DNA of 64,000 nt. Source: Squalus acanthias. Lineage: Eukaryota. Position numbers and translations under genes: made by a program. The notes below the pieces were generated by a model. That model did not search any database. It worked only from the letters and a program-made list of their open reading frames with translations, and was not told the origin of the DNA. The stretch is from positions 42,160,001 to 42,224,000 of the forward strand of contig CM059427.1 of NCBI GenBank assembly GCA_030390025.1. The letters are read 5' to 3'. This document shows, in pieces, positions 37,487 to 50,390 of this stretch (positions within the stretch are counted from its first letter, which is position 1; each line of letters begins with the position of its first letter).

Positions 37487-39553
37487 TCTGTATAAAACAC
37501 TGGATAGGCCCCAACTGGAGTATTGTGTCCAATTCTGGGTGCCACACTTTAGGAAGGATGTGAAGGCCTTCGAGAAGGTGCAGAAAAGATTTACGAGATT
37601 GATTCCAGGAATGAGGAACTTCAGTTACGTTGATAGACTGGAGAAACTGGGGTTGTTCTCCTTGGAGCAGAGAAGATTGAGAGGAGATTTGATAGAGGTG
37701 TTCAAAATCATGGGGTCTGGACAGAGTAGATAGAGAGAAACTGTTCCCATTGGCAGAAGGGTCGAGAACCAGAGGACACAGATTTAAGGTGATTGGCAAA
37801 AGAACCAAAGGCGACGTAAGAGAAAACTTTTTTACGCAGCGAGTGATTAAGATCTGGAATACACTGCCTGTGTAGGGTTTGGCTGGTGCCAACATCAGTG
37901 GGTGCATGGGCCTGAAGGATTTTTGGACTTTTAAAATGGATGTGTGCCCTTTTGAAATGGAGACGCACTTGGGCTGCGTTCCAAAATGGAGTTTGGACTT
38001 CTCCATTTTTAAAAGAGAAAAAGGACTGACTTTTGGTTTCTGTGAAGATAGCAGGAACTCTCTGTCTTTTGGGTTGCCATGGGACCAGTCTCAACGCGGA
38101 CATCATGAAAGGCAGGGGCCTTTTCATATTCGAACTTGTGTGATTTGTGGAAAAACACCTTTTGTCCATGGAGCCGGGATGTCTGGATGGACAATGAGGT
38201 TTGCAGGCCAAAAGTAACACCTCTGGACTCTTTCAATGAAGGAGCAGTCAAGAACTTAACAAACAGTTGGCTCTTCGAGAACTGCTCATCTACAGTAACG
38301 GCCTACCATTGTTATCATCAAGATGACCAATCCAGGACAGAGACGTCACCAGGAAGACCAACTAGCGTCTCTGCGACCATGGTAACCAGGAATCGCCCAG
38401 CCAGTTTTGTGTATTATACGGGGTATAAACATGCTGAACTTTGGGGGAATTCGGGCTCACTTTTTTTCTCTACCATCTGGAACGGGGTTCTCCGTGTAGC
38501 TACACGTCCGTCAACTCTCCAGGAACGCCCGAAGTGAGTGCCATGCCGTACCACCTGAACGTAACTCTCTAGGCCTCATCGGATGCCTCTGTTAGGCACA
38601 GTTTTGTCTTTGGAGTCGAACGGACCCGGGACCGCGTGAATCAACGACAAGGGCTGGTAATTATATCCAGCATACACCTCTAGAAATCCCCAGGACCGCC
38701 CGCGTGTTTGGCTGCTGAGGAACTGCAAGTGTCCAAGACGCAGGCTAACACGTGTGTGTGTGTGTGTGAGGAGGCTTCCAAGTGTGGGTTCTGACCAAAC
38801 AGGGAGAGGGGTTTAGTTAGAAGGGTTTTTCCATTATCTAGGCTTAGAATCTGGGAAGGGGTTGGTTCAGTGTAACCAACAGGTTGGGTATTTTAGTCTA
38901 AGGTTATAAGCTAGTGTCCACGGTCACCTACTCGTTATGCCGTAAGCGAGAGGAGTAGGGGTTGTCGTTTTGAGTGTGCAATAAAAGGAATCGATCTTTG
39001 ACCAACCTGAACCGTTTCGTTTCATCTGAATCATTTATAATCTATCCATAGTAACTCCTTGGGTCCGAACTTGGGGGCTGTGGGGCTTGTGGTTCGCGGT
39101 ATAATTCGGAAGACCAACCGGGTGGCATCCGGTCATGGCTGGGTTACACAGTAATCCCGCTGGGGACGCTGCACATCGGGCATAGGAGAAGACCTATTTG
39201 GCCTTGGTTTCTCTCTCTCTGTGGGATTACCCGCTAATCGACGGGCTAGGCAGGGACTATTGGCAAAAGCTCCTGCCGTCCAAGGGAAACAACCCAAACC
39301 GGGGAGTTTTTAATGCACGGGTCAACTCAAGGGAGAGTAATAGAGACACGGGGCATGCAAAAACACCCTACACCTGCAAGGGTGGTGGAGGCAGACTCAA
39401 TCTTATCTTTCAAAAGGGAGTTGGACAAGTATCTGAAGGAAAAATTTGCGGGGCTATGGGGAAAGGGCAGGGGAGTGGGATTAGCTGACAGTCGGCACGA
39501 GCTCAACAGGCCGAATGACCTTCTTCCATGCTGTAACCATTCTATGATTCTAT
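37487..39553 (+). mobile_element. CR1 3' fragment split by a solo LTR
   Basis: PHFRKDVKAFEKVQKRFTRLIPG...IWNTLP up to 37870, resuming RVVEADS at 39377 to the TTCTATGA tail. Confidence 0.88.
37871..39372 (+). mobile_element. Solo LTR (1502 bp; Gypsy or ERV1-like)
   Basis: TGTAGGGT...ACCCTACA ends, 4-bp TSD CCTG, TATAAA 38424, AATAAA 38980. Confidence 0.85.
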
Positions 39554-39721
39554 AAAAACAGAATAAATGGTCATTCACCTCACTGATGTTTGCGAGACAT
39601 TTTTGGTACAGGATGGCTGCCACCTTCACCAACGTAACAACAGACATAGCACTTCAAAAGTTATTAATTGAAGGGGTTTTATGTTGTAAATTTCAAGGGT
39701 GTCCCATTTTTCCTTACATAC

Positions 39722-39850
39722 CACAGTTTTGCTCGTCACTGTTGTCCCGGCAGTCATCATTGCCATTACATACAGCCCACTTAGGAATACAACGGTAGTT
39801 TGTTTTACAGGCAAACTCGGTGTGGTTATCACAGGAGTAGTCAGCCCCAT
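39722..39850 (-). CDS. LRP2: LRP2 exon (~57), LDL-A repeat
   Basis: 129 nt, CAG/GTATG; [42 protein letters not shown]. Confidence 0.95.
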
Positions 39851-39936
39851 CTGAAATAAGAAATGATCAGTATAAGAGACAAGTTATTACAACTGACTGA
39901 TCACACGCTACCACTGTCAGTCTTGTGAATATTTAC

Positions 39937-40499
39937 GGGGTTAATTTTAAACTCGCTCTACCTGGCGGAAATGGGAAGGTAATGCCCCAAAATTCATCGG
40001 GATACACTTACCGCCCTGTTCCTGCTCCATTCCTGCCTGCCACCATTTACCTGGGGTTTTTACATGGGTAGTCCTGGTGCCCGCCTGTTTCCGGTGGCAG
40101 CCTAATTCTAATATGTTAATCAGGACCCGCTGATATACATAAGTCCCTAATTTTAAAGGTACAAATGGGTGGAGCCTGCACGGCATCTACACCCATTGGT
40201 ACCAGGCACTGAGCAGCCTAGCCAGCTGTTCTTAAAGGGACCGCTGCAGGCCTCTCCAAGACCTGGTAAGTTTCTGTTTTTATTTAAAAGATTTTTCTGG
40301 GACCAGGAGGAGCATTCATCACGGCCATCTGCTCCCCCCCTCACCCAGCAGATGAAACTTCTGGCTCAACTTTGTGGAGGAGCCGCTGGATTTCCCATCC
40401 ACCCCAATCAAATGTAAATGAGGCCTAGCCCTCAAAATGGATATTAGGTGAGCAATGCAATCGCATCACCAGCCACCCGCCCAGGGTTAAAATTGATCC
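39937..40499. mobile_element. Harbinger-type MITE
   Basis: GGGGTTAATTTTAA / TTAAAATTGATCC imperfect TIRs. Confidence 0.6.
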
Positions 40500-41179
40500 T
40501 ATGGTGTTGTCATAAAACAGTCACAAATCACATATTTCACAGTCATAAATGCTAACAGGTAACCTCCCCATCAGGTAAGATACACACTATATATATTTTA
40601 AATATCATATACCTATCATATGTATTTGACTTACTCATGTTGACTGATATATTTTTACAATATTAAGTTGTTGCTGCCAGTAATATTACTTTCGAACAAA
40701 TTGCATATTCTTGTGTAATAGATAATAACAAGATTTTTTTTTTTAAAGAACAAAAAGCCCATTTCTTTTTGATAAATCTCAGCCCCACCTACCTGCCTTC
40801 TCACCATATCCCTTCATCCATTTCTTTCTAGCAACACTTTTTTGTTGTTGTAGAAAACACATCTAATTGCTTGTTGAACTGTTCACTTCAATGCCCTACT
40901 ACAACTCTATTACCCTTTGGGGGAAAATGTTTCACCATAATTCAGCAGATGGTTTTGTTCTCCAACAATTAAATCCACCTCTCACCAGCTGCAATAGAGC
41001 AGCATTAACAATGAGCATGGGGAAGTCCACTGATCACAGCCGCCTGCCAAAGGATCATAGTTGCAGATAGAAAGTCAGTGAAAGAGAATAAATTAGAGGT
41101 AATATTATAGGTAATCAAGAACAACTTAAATGTTAAAGCCCAATTGCTTGCAGGAACATTATCCTTCAAAGGTACTCAC

Positions 41180-41425
41180 GGCATTCGTTGTAGGGCTCAT
41201 CAGAGTAATCGCCACAATCATCATCTACATCACATTTCCAGGACTGTGGGATGCAGTGGCCATTATTACATTTAAATTGGCCTGGATGACAGGTTCTAGA
41301 AGCGCAGTAAGCAGGGTCTTCATCAGAGTTATCTGCGCAGTCGTTCTCCCCATCACATTGCCAGGCTTCAGGAATACAGCGCTTGTTCGTGCACTGCCAC
41401 TGGTAGCTCTCACATTGGTGACTGA
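41180..41425 (-). CDS. LRP2: LRP2 exon (~56), two LDL-A repeats
   Basis: 246 nt, TAG/GTGAG; [29 protein letters not shown]...[13 protein letters not shown]. Confidence 0.95.
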
Positions 41426-41500
41426 CTATAAAACAAATATTAAGTACCATTGGATTTATGGATACAGTTTTATTTCAATTCAATAATGTATCTGATACTA

Positions 41501-41830
41501 GAGGGCCGATTTTTACTTCGGGCAGGAATTGGGGGTGCGGGAGCCGAAGTGGGTGGTGAGCCCACCAGCCCCCCAGAGCATAAAGCCCAGGAGATTTTAA
41601 CTCCCAGACCTCATTTCTATGTTCGGACTCTGACTTCCATCCGAATCCGGCGGGACTGATGTCACTGCTGGGGGGGGGGGGGAGGGGGGGGGGGGGGCGG
41701 GAAGAGCCCGAGGCTGGGAAGTCCCAAGGTATCCTTGTGGGGCCAGAACAAGCAAATGTACATTCTGCAGGGAAATATGGAGAGACCCGATGATAGTTGA
41801 TCCATTGGCAAGAGTCCAAGGGGGGGCAAT
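41501..41830. mobile_element. MITE left portion with G-runs
   Basis: Starts GGGCCGATTTTTAC; GC-rich; no right TIR seen. Confidence 0.45.
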
Positions 41831-41839
41831 GACTGGTGG

Positions 41840-42900
41840 GGTGAGCGGGACAGGAAGGATGAAGATGGCGAAATTAGCCCCCAGTAGGTGTGCGGTGCGG
41901 GAAAGTCGGTGAGAGAGGAGGGTGGGCCATTTGAGGTTGCACGTAATGAGCCAGTGATGATCCCTCGATGGGCCCTTCAGAGGTTGCTGAGATAATAGCT
42001 GTCAGCTTATCCAAGGGGAATTCAACCCTGGAACTGCGGCAAGAGTGTAGGAAGGCAGAGGTGATGGGTTGTGGTAGGAATTGGGAGGCAAAGTACCCGA
42101 GAGGGGAGCAATGAAAGGTGGCATGACTGGGTGACAGAAAGGAGAGGAGGCATGAGAGAAGGGCCCAAGAAGAAATAAAGAGATAGAAGTAATGGGTTTG
42201 GGTCTGGAGCAGCAGCCAAAATGTGCATACGAATGAGCACAGAAGGAATTCAGGTTACACAAGCATGACTGTGATTAGGAGCAATATCCTGCTTGTAAAC
42301 AGAAGAGACAGTACAAGAGATTCCAAAGTTAAGGTCTGAGATCCTGGTGGTGCGATGAAGTTGACTTGTAGATAGGGTGGAGTCAGCTTGGAGCATCAAT
42401 CAACCAATGTCCAGATTTGGAGACTTGTGGAGGGTGAGTGAGTCCGAAAGGTATTTGAGGGGCAAAGTATCAGTGGGCGCACTGCTGGAGGTTCTCCAGT
42501 GAAAAACAGAAAGCGAAGGAGGTATGGAGAGTCAACCATGAGCTGGCAGAGGTTGATCCAGGAGTCCAGTGGAGGGGAGTAGTGGCCTTAGTGTTAGCAT
42601 GCACAATGGTGGATCCAGTATACCAGAAGAGGAGAAAGGAGCAGTGGGAGTGAAACCCAAGAACCAGGAACAATAAATTCCAGGGCAAACTGCTCTTTTT
42701 CAGGAAGCTTGAAATTTGTAGCTTGAACTCAAGTTTGGGCTAAAATGCTTCCACTAATAGGGGGCGGGGACCTTAAGCAGTGGAGGAGAGGAGATTGAAG
42801 TGGAAGGGACAAAATATAGCAATGGATTGCCACAGATTGAGTTACAAAGGAGAGGAGCACATTAAGAGCTGCCAGCCTAGAAGCCATGCTGACACTTTGA
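41840..42900 (-). mobile_element. Old L2-like LINE endonuclease-region fragment
   Basis: G/A-rich plus strand typical of antisense L2; degenerate GGAGTAGTGGCC and GGTGGTGCGATGAAG motifs. Confidence 0.45.
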
Positions 42901-42940
42901 TATCATCTACTATGTTCAATTAACAATAAGAAATACTTAC

Positions 42941-43137
42941 TACAAAGCACAATGTCTTCATCAGATCCATCTGCACAATCCTGATAACCATTACACAAGA
43001 AGCTGGAGCTGGTGCAGTTGCCATCATTGCACTGAAACTGTCCAATTCTACAGTAGCGGGTTGGGCAGGTGGTAGGTTCATCTGATCCATCCCTGCAATC
43101 TCTCTGTCCATCACATTTCCACCAGATCGGAACACAC
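42941..43137 (-). CDS. LRP2: LRP2 exon (~55), LDL-A repeats
   Basis: 197 nt, TAG/GTAAG; [24 protein letters not shown]...[12 protein letters not shown]. Confidence 0.95.
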
Positions 43138-43959
43138 CTATGAAGACAAAACAACAAAATTATAGTCTTTATATATGTGCGCAATACATTTAACAGAAGT
43201 ACTGTGATGAAAAATACTACTATAAACTCAATATTTGCAAACATAACTTCACACAATAAGAATGTTGGAAAAATATCATAAGAGGGTAGATCTCGTAAAG
43301 TCCTGCTTCTGGTCCAGCGCCTTTCGCACCTGTGTGCATAAAATAAAATGAATGGACAAAAAATCCTGCCGAGCTCGCTGACCTCCACATCCGAATTCCC
43401 AATATGCAGTCCTGGCATACAAAGCTTCTACAGTACACATCTGTTCTGTGGAGCTACAAGCTTAGATACTATTTGCAAACTCATTGAAAAACATAAGCTG
43501 TTAACATCCTTCATTTCTTTCTCACAAAATATATTAGATGAGATTGCTAAAAAGATATTCATATACTGCAGGAGTGTAGAAGTATTTTGCTGAATTAATT
43601 GACATACATAATGATATGTTATCCTCAGAAGAGGAGTCTGCAGTCAACTGCAGTCTTCCTATACTGCTGGGATGAGAATCTCATCAAATGAATACGCATA
43701 AATAGCTTCATAGTCTTAAGCTATGTATCATACAGTACAATTACCAAATGGAAGCTGAGTTTGACTTTATTGCCATTCACTCAAAGTCAATACAGTAGTT
43801 ACCCTTATATTAAAAATAAAATCATAATTAAATAAAAAGCAACAAAACTGCAAAAGCTGGAAATCTAAAACACAAACAGAAAACGCTGGAAACATAATCA
43901 TCTTTAAATATGAGCTTATGATGTAAAAATCAATAAAAATGCAGCATTAGTTATCGTAC

Positions 43960-44134
43960 CTTTCATTGTCTAGACATCTGTACTGTGTACTTGTGCACAT
44001 GGGGAGACAGTGAGTGATGCTCCCAAACTGCCTCAGGAAGTGATCCGGACATTCACATGTATGGTCTTGGCCACCTGCTGCTATCAGACACAGATGGGAG
44101 CAGCCACCATTATTAGTACCACAGGGATTGTTTG
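43960..44134 (-). CDS. LRP2: LRP2 exon (~54), EGF and start of LDL-A cluster IV
   Basis: 175 nt, CAG/GTACG; [17 protein letters not shown]...[17 protein letters not shown]. Confidence 0.93.
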
Positions 44135-45022
44135 CTGGAAAGAGGAGGGGTATAAAAGTAACTGTTAGTACACAGATATATTTCAATGCACTTATAAGGA
44201 AGCAGCATTGTACAGAGAATACACAATGGCTGGAACTGTGGTGCAAGGCTACATAACAAACAAGAGCAAACGTGAATAGCTTCCATAACTCTAAGCCTTA
44301 AGCTTTTTTGTTTAAATTAAAAAAAGCAGATTTTCAGTTTTCCCTTTGGAGCTTTATTGCTGCGATTCATCTGTCCCTCATGTTTGCTGTGGACTGTCAT
44401 TTTGCTTGACCGTGCTACAGGAAGAAGCTTAACAACATATGACTCTAGACAAAGGATATAATAGGGGCAGCTGTTAGAAGAGAGGGTTTTTCTGAGAAAT
44501 AATGCAGTTTTACAGAAGAACACTTCCATTTGTATCTATAAGGATCACCTGATGTACAACTGTATTGAAATTGACATCTGTTTAAACCAATCAATCAATC
44601 AACAGCATCTGCAGTGTCTGCCAGCGTGGGTCACTGACAGCGATACAAGAATCATCCAAACCATTTCATTCACTTGTGAGGAAAAACAGATTCCTTGTTC
44701 AGGAATCTCTTTTCACTGCCATTCACCATTTTATTGTGAGCTATACAAGTTCAGTCCAGGATAGTATCCTATTTCATATCTACAGCACCAGTATGTGTGG
44801 GCAAAATAGAAAATATTGGGAAAAGTGTCACCAGAAGGAGCAATACCAATATAACATGCATCTTAAGTATCTAAATGTTCCAGAAGATAAATAAAGTCTA
44901 ATGGATATTAAGAAATTAATGTTCAACACAAAAATCATTCCAAAATTTGAGTTGCAGTACAACACAGATAACATGATAAGAAATGTTGTATTTTATGTCA
45001 GTTTCACGGATTATACACTTAC

Positions 45023-45246
45023 CTATTGGCTGTCTGTATGGATGGTATACATGGATGTCAAAAGGCCTGTGGGTGGTATTCACCAACAACACCCTGCCTT
45101 CCCCAGTGTATTTATTTGCTTTCTCCACTGATTTTGTATTCCAATCAGTCCAATATATTGTATCCTCAAACAGGCTAATGGCAAACGGGTGGCTCAGAGT
45201 TCCATCAAATACTGTGTGCCGATGGTTTCCATCCAGGTTGGAAAAT
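45023..45246 (-). CDS. LRP2: LRP2 exon (~53), YWTD propeller end
   Basis: 224 nt, TAG/GTAAG; [36 protein letters not shown]...[10 protein letters not shown]. Confidence 0.95.
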
Positions 45247-45593
45247 CTACAAAACACAATAGCCATTTATGCTTCCATAGCGAGGTCACAATATCAAATA
45301 CAAGCTTGTATCTGAGCACTGGACTTCCAGAGCTCAAGTTCAAATCCAGTCTTGATTATCATTCAAACTCAATTCCTCTCCATGAGAGTTTTGAAGATTT
45401 TTATCTAAATTAGTAGACAGAATTGGTTTATACAGATGTAAATTAGCAGCAAATGTGGAGAAGCATGTGGCTGAGACTATCCTGGTCTTTCAGGAGAAAA
45501 TGACAGCTGTGGGGCTTTACTGAAGGGAAATTAAATACAGCTAGTAAAAAAAAACAAGGGCATAATATATTCCACGATTAATAATTCAATATA

Positions 45594-46136
45594 GGCTCAG
45601 ATTTTCCTGGGAACTTGCGTCATTGCATCTAATCAAACACAGGACTTCATTGACAGTTAACTAGATAAAAGAGGAGTTTGTGGGTAAAGAGCTGCTGGCG
45701 CTGTAGAGCTGGATGAGTTCAGCAGCTTTTGACAGCCCAGTGAGCTATCAATGAAGTGATAGCTTCTATGTAAAATCATAGACCACCAACTGCTTGATCT
45801 TAGGAGCTGTATCATGTGCACAGAATGTGGCAAAGCATTTTAAAACCAGCTCAATAAATAAATTGCCTTAGTTTATGTATTTTAGTCTAATGTTATAGTG
45901 TGTTTTGGAAAAGAATACATTTCTGTAACATTGCTGTTTAATTCAGAGATAAATCACAGTATTAGTGACAGGATCAGTATATTATCCATTGGCTTTGCCA
46001 CTTTGCTTGCTGTGATGCATTCTAATTAGAAAGGCAGGAAAATATGGAGTAAGTTATCAATGGTAAGATTGGCATTATAGACGGCACAATTTACAATCTA
46101 CATCATCCAACTCGCCATTGCAGGAAAATCTGGGCC
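45594..46136. mobile_element. Harbinger-type MITE
   Basis: TIR GGCTCAGATTTTCCTG / CAGGAAAATCTGGGCC (15 of 16 match). Confidence 0.75.
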
Positions 46137-46167
46137 ATTGTTTTTGATTATAAAATGTGCTCTATTA

Positions 46168-48424
46168 CATAGAAACATAGAAGATAGGAGCAGGAGCAGG
46201 CCATTCAGCCCCTCGAGCCTGCTCCGCCATTCAATGAGATCATGGCTGATCATCCAAATTCAGTACCCTGTCCCTGCCTTCTCCCCATATCCCTTTAGCC
46301 TTAAGAAATATATCTAACTCCTTCTTGAATATATTTAATGAATTGGCCTCTACTGCCTTCTGTGGTAGAGAATTCCACAGGTTCACCACTCTCTGGGTGA
46401 AGAAATTCCTCCTCATCTCAGTCCTAAATGGCTTACCCCTTATCCTTAGACTGTGACCCCTGGTTTTGGACTCCCCGGCCATCGGGAACATCCTTCCTGC
46501 ATCTAGTCTGTCAAGTCCTGTTAGAATTTTATAAGTTTCAATGAGATCCCCTCTCATTCTTCTAAACTCCAGCGAGTATAAGCCCAATCGACCCAATCTC
46601 TCCTCATACGTCATTCCTGCCATCCCAGGTATTAGCCTGGTGAATCTTCGCTGCACTCCCTCCATGACAAGAACATCCTTCCTCAGATAAGGCGACCAAA
46701 ACTGCACACAATACTCAAGGTGTGGTCTCACATAGGCCTTGTACAACTGCAGCAAGACATCCTTGTTCCTGTACTCGAACCCTTTTGCTACGAAGGCCAA
46801 CATACCATTTGCTTTCTTAACCGCCTGCTGCACCTGCATGCTTACCTTCAGCAACTGGTGCACAAGGACACCCAGGTCTCATTGCACTTCCCCTTCTCCC
46901 AATCTATTGCCATTCAGATAATAATCTGCCTTCCTGTTTTTGACACCAAAGTGGATAACCTCGCATTTATCCACATTATATTGCATCTGCCATGCTTCTG
47001 CCCAATCACCCAACCTGTCCAAATCATACTGGAGTTTCTCGGCATCCTCCTCATGGCACACACTCCCACCCAGCTTTGTGTCGTCTGCAAGCTTGGAGAT
47101 ATTACATTCAATTCCCTCGTCTAGATCATTAATATATATTGTGAATAGCTGGGGCCCTAGGACCGATCCCTGCAGTACCCCACTAGTCACTGCCTGCCAC
47201 TCGGAGAAAGACCCATTTATTCCAACTCTTTGCTTTCTATCTGCCAACCAGTTCTCTATCCAAGTTAATACCTTGCCCCCAATCCCATGTGCCTTAACTT
47301 TACACGCTAATCTCTTATGCGGGACCTTATCGAAAGCCTTCTGAAAGTCCAAATACACCACATCCACTGGTTCTCCCTTATCTATTTTACCAGTTACATC
47401 CTCAAAAAATTCCAGTAGATTAGTCAAGCACGATTTACCTTTTGTAAATCCATGTTGACTTTGTCCGATCCTGTCACTGTTTTCCAAGTGCTCTGCTATT
47501 ACATCTTTTATAATGGACTCTAGCATTTCCCCCACTACCGATGTCAGGCTTACCGATCTATAATTCCCCGTTTTCTCTCTACCACCTTTTTTGAATAGTG
47601 GGGTAACATTAGCTACCCTCCAATCCATGGGTACTGTTCCAGAGTCTATAGAATTTTGGAAGATCACCAGCAATGCATCTACTATTTCTAGGGCCACTTC
47701 CTTAAGTACCCTAGGATGTAGATTATCAGGCCCTGGGGATTTATCGGCCTTCAATCCCGTCAATTTCCCTAACACTATTTCCCTACAAATACTGATTTCT
47801 TTCAGTTCCTCCCTCTCATTAGACCCTATGTTCCCCGACATCTCTGGGAGGTTATTTGTGTCCTCCTTTGTGAAGACAGAACCAAAGTATGTATTTAATT
47901 GGTCTGCCATTTCTTTGTTCCCCATTATAAATTCCCCTGATTCTGACTGCAAGGTACCTACGCTTGACTTCAGCAATCTTTTTCTCTCCACATATCTATA
48001 AAAGCTTTTACAGTCAGTTTTTATGTTCCTGCAAGCTTACTCTCATACTCTATTTTCCCCCTCTTAATTAATCCCTTTGTCCTTCTTTGCTGAATCCTTT
48101 ACTGCTCCCAATCCTCAGATTTTCTGCTTTTTCTGGCCAATTTATATGTCCTCTCCTTGGATCTTATGCTATCCCTAATTTCCTTTGTTAGCCACGTTTG
48201 AGTCACCTTTTTTGTTTTATTTTTATGCCAAACTGGGATGAACAAATTCTGTAGTTCATTCATGCGATCTTTGAATGTTTGCCATTGCCTATCCACCGTC
48301 AACCCTTTGAGTGACATTCCCCAATCAATCCTACCCAACTCACACCTCATACCATCGTAGTTTCCTTTATTTAAATTCAGGACCCTAGTCTCTGAGTCAA
48401 CTACTTCACTCTCCATCTTAATGA
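46168..48424 (-). mobile_element. Young CR1 LINE, 5'-truncated, same subfamily as 3379-6821
   Basis: ORF2 pieces 48099-48416, 46879-47991 and 46240-46863 nearly identical to the plus-strand copy. Confidence 0.95.
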
Positions 48425-48517
48425 GTTGTACCTATAGCAACTAACACTTTATGCAATAAAACTGGAATTAGACAAAATGGTTTGCATTTCATTATTCAAA
48501 ACTTCAGAAGTGCTTAC

Positions 48518-48688
48518 TCAATGTAATTCAGGTGAGCATCAGTCCAATAGAGTTTATCGTTTGTGTAGTCAATGGTCAATCCATTGGGCCATTCCAATTT
48601 TGTGGTAATAATGGCTGATTTGTTTTTACCATCCATGCCCATGCGACCAATGTATGCTTGATAACCCCAGTCAGTCCAGAAAATATAT
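48518..48688 (-). CDS. LRP2: LRP2 exon (~52), YWTD propeller
   Basis: 171 nt, CAG/GTAAG; [20 protein letters not shown]...[25 protein letters not shown]. Confidence 0.95.
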
Positions 48689-49207
48689 CTGCAAAAAGTT
48701 TTAAAAACTGAAATATATAAATGATATTAAAGTCTCTAACAAGTCAAATTCTATTTTGTCAAATTGCTGTGTGCAGCATGACAGAATTTCAATCAGCTCA
48801 ATAACATAAGAACATTTTCTGTTACAAATAAAGGCTGTTGCTCATCAAGTTGGAATCTGATCAGGGAGCTTTTTTTAAATCTTGTAACAGTGTAAGACTC
48901 CATTCTCAATTTGTGAAGGCCATTTCAATGCATGGTTCATAAATTCACAGCAGGAAGATGGGCTCAGTATATCTCAGATCATTTTGATTGGTCACGTTCA
49001 TCACGAACACCTACATCAATAATGCAGTATTTATTCAATTTACAGTGTTGGCTTTATCTCTGTTAACTAAAGATAATTGTGATGAAAGTTGCAGCAATGA
49101 AGCCTGTCTGGCATGTTTACATAATGTTAGGTGCACTATCAAAAGAGAAAAGTTTGCTTCAGGATGGCAATTACATTTAAAAAAAAACTTTCCTTCTTAT
49201 ACATTCG

Positions 49208-49966
49208 GGCCTGGAGTTTCCGCTCGATTGAGCTTGTTTTCTCGGCGCAATTTGTCCGATATTGGCGTAACCAGCGCCAAAGATCGTGCAATTTTAAGCG
49301 CATATTGCATTCAACGCAACTCGTGTTTCCGCGATCTTTTGCGCTAGTTTTAAAAACATTGCGCTAGAAGCAGGCCCCGCCCACAAAGGTGGCCATGCCC
49401 CCAGGGTGAATTAATCACCATAGGGAGTTTCCACTAATTCCGCTTGTTGGTAGGCCTTTGAGGAAGCTCCAAAAATTAAGCTGGATTTTTTGGGTGCAAG
49501 GATACTAATAGGTACATTTTGAAAGGATTTGAATGAACTTTTTTTTTAACATTTACTAAGAAACAGATTACTGCACTCCAATCTAACTGGAAAATAGTTT
49601 TGTATAATTTTAAAAAGTCATTTTCAGTCATTTAAAAATCAGGTTACTCACAGGTGGTGGATTGACACTAATTTAAAATGCTTATGTTTTATGATAAACC
49701 CATTTTTAGCTGTATTAATCAAACTTTGCCAAGTAACCACTCTTAAATATATCAAGGAATTATTTTTACAGCAAAAATTAAAAAAAAAGAAAATTACGTT
49801 TTAAAATGGTGCCCAATTGCGCTGGTTCATGGCAGATGTTGCGTTCAGCAATATGCAAATGAGTTTGAGCAGAAACCGGGGGGGGGGAAACACCTTTCAA
49901 AACGGGCACAATATTGGGCGTAATTTGTGTCCGAATTGCCGATTGCACCCAAAGCAACTCTACCCC
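49208..49966. mobile_element. Harbinger-type MITE
   Basis: GGCCTGGAGTTTC / GCAACTCTACCCC imperfect TIRs, TSD TCG/TTG; split homolog at 30001-34710. Confidence 0.72.
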
Positions 49967-50013
49967 TTGGTGTTTTTCTTATAAACCTGGTAAATAATTT
50001 AAGGTCCTCTTAC

Positions 50014-50166
50014 CCATATTTAGGATAAACAGCAATAGCTCGCGGGTTCTCAAAGCAGTAGATATTGCCTGTATCCACACAGTGGTCAGCCAGCTTTTTA
50101 CGGAACCTTCCATCAAGTTCAGCAACATTAAGACAATTTTTAAAATGATCAAGCCAGTACAGTTTC
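50014..50166 (-). CDS. LRP2: LRP2 exon (~51), YWTD propeller
   Basis: 153 nt, TAG/GTAAG; [25 protein letters not shown]...[14 protein letters not shown]. Confidence 0.93.
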
Positions 50167-50247
50167 CTAAAAAATCAAAAAAAGACTCAATTAACTCACA
50201 CAAAAGAAATTATTCAGTCTTTTCCAACAGTAGTCCATGTATAGTAA

Positions 50248-50390
50248 GTTTGGATATATACTTAAAAAGGAAAAAAATTGCAGGGTTATGGGGAAAGAGC
50301 AGGGGAGTGGGACTAATTGGTAGCTCTTTCAGAGAGCCAGCACAGCCACAATGGACCGAATGGCCTCCGGTGCTGTATGATCCTATGATA
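50248..50390 (+). mobile_element. CR1 3' tail fragment
   Basis: TTGGATATATACTTAAAAAGG...GGACCGAATGGCCTCC...TCCTATGA. Confidence 0.7.
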
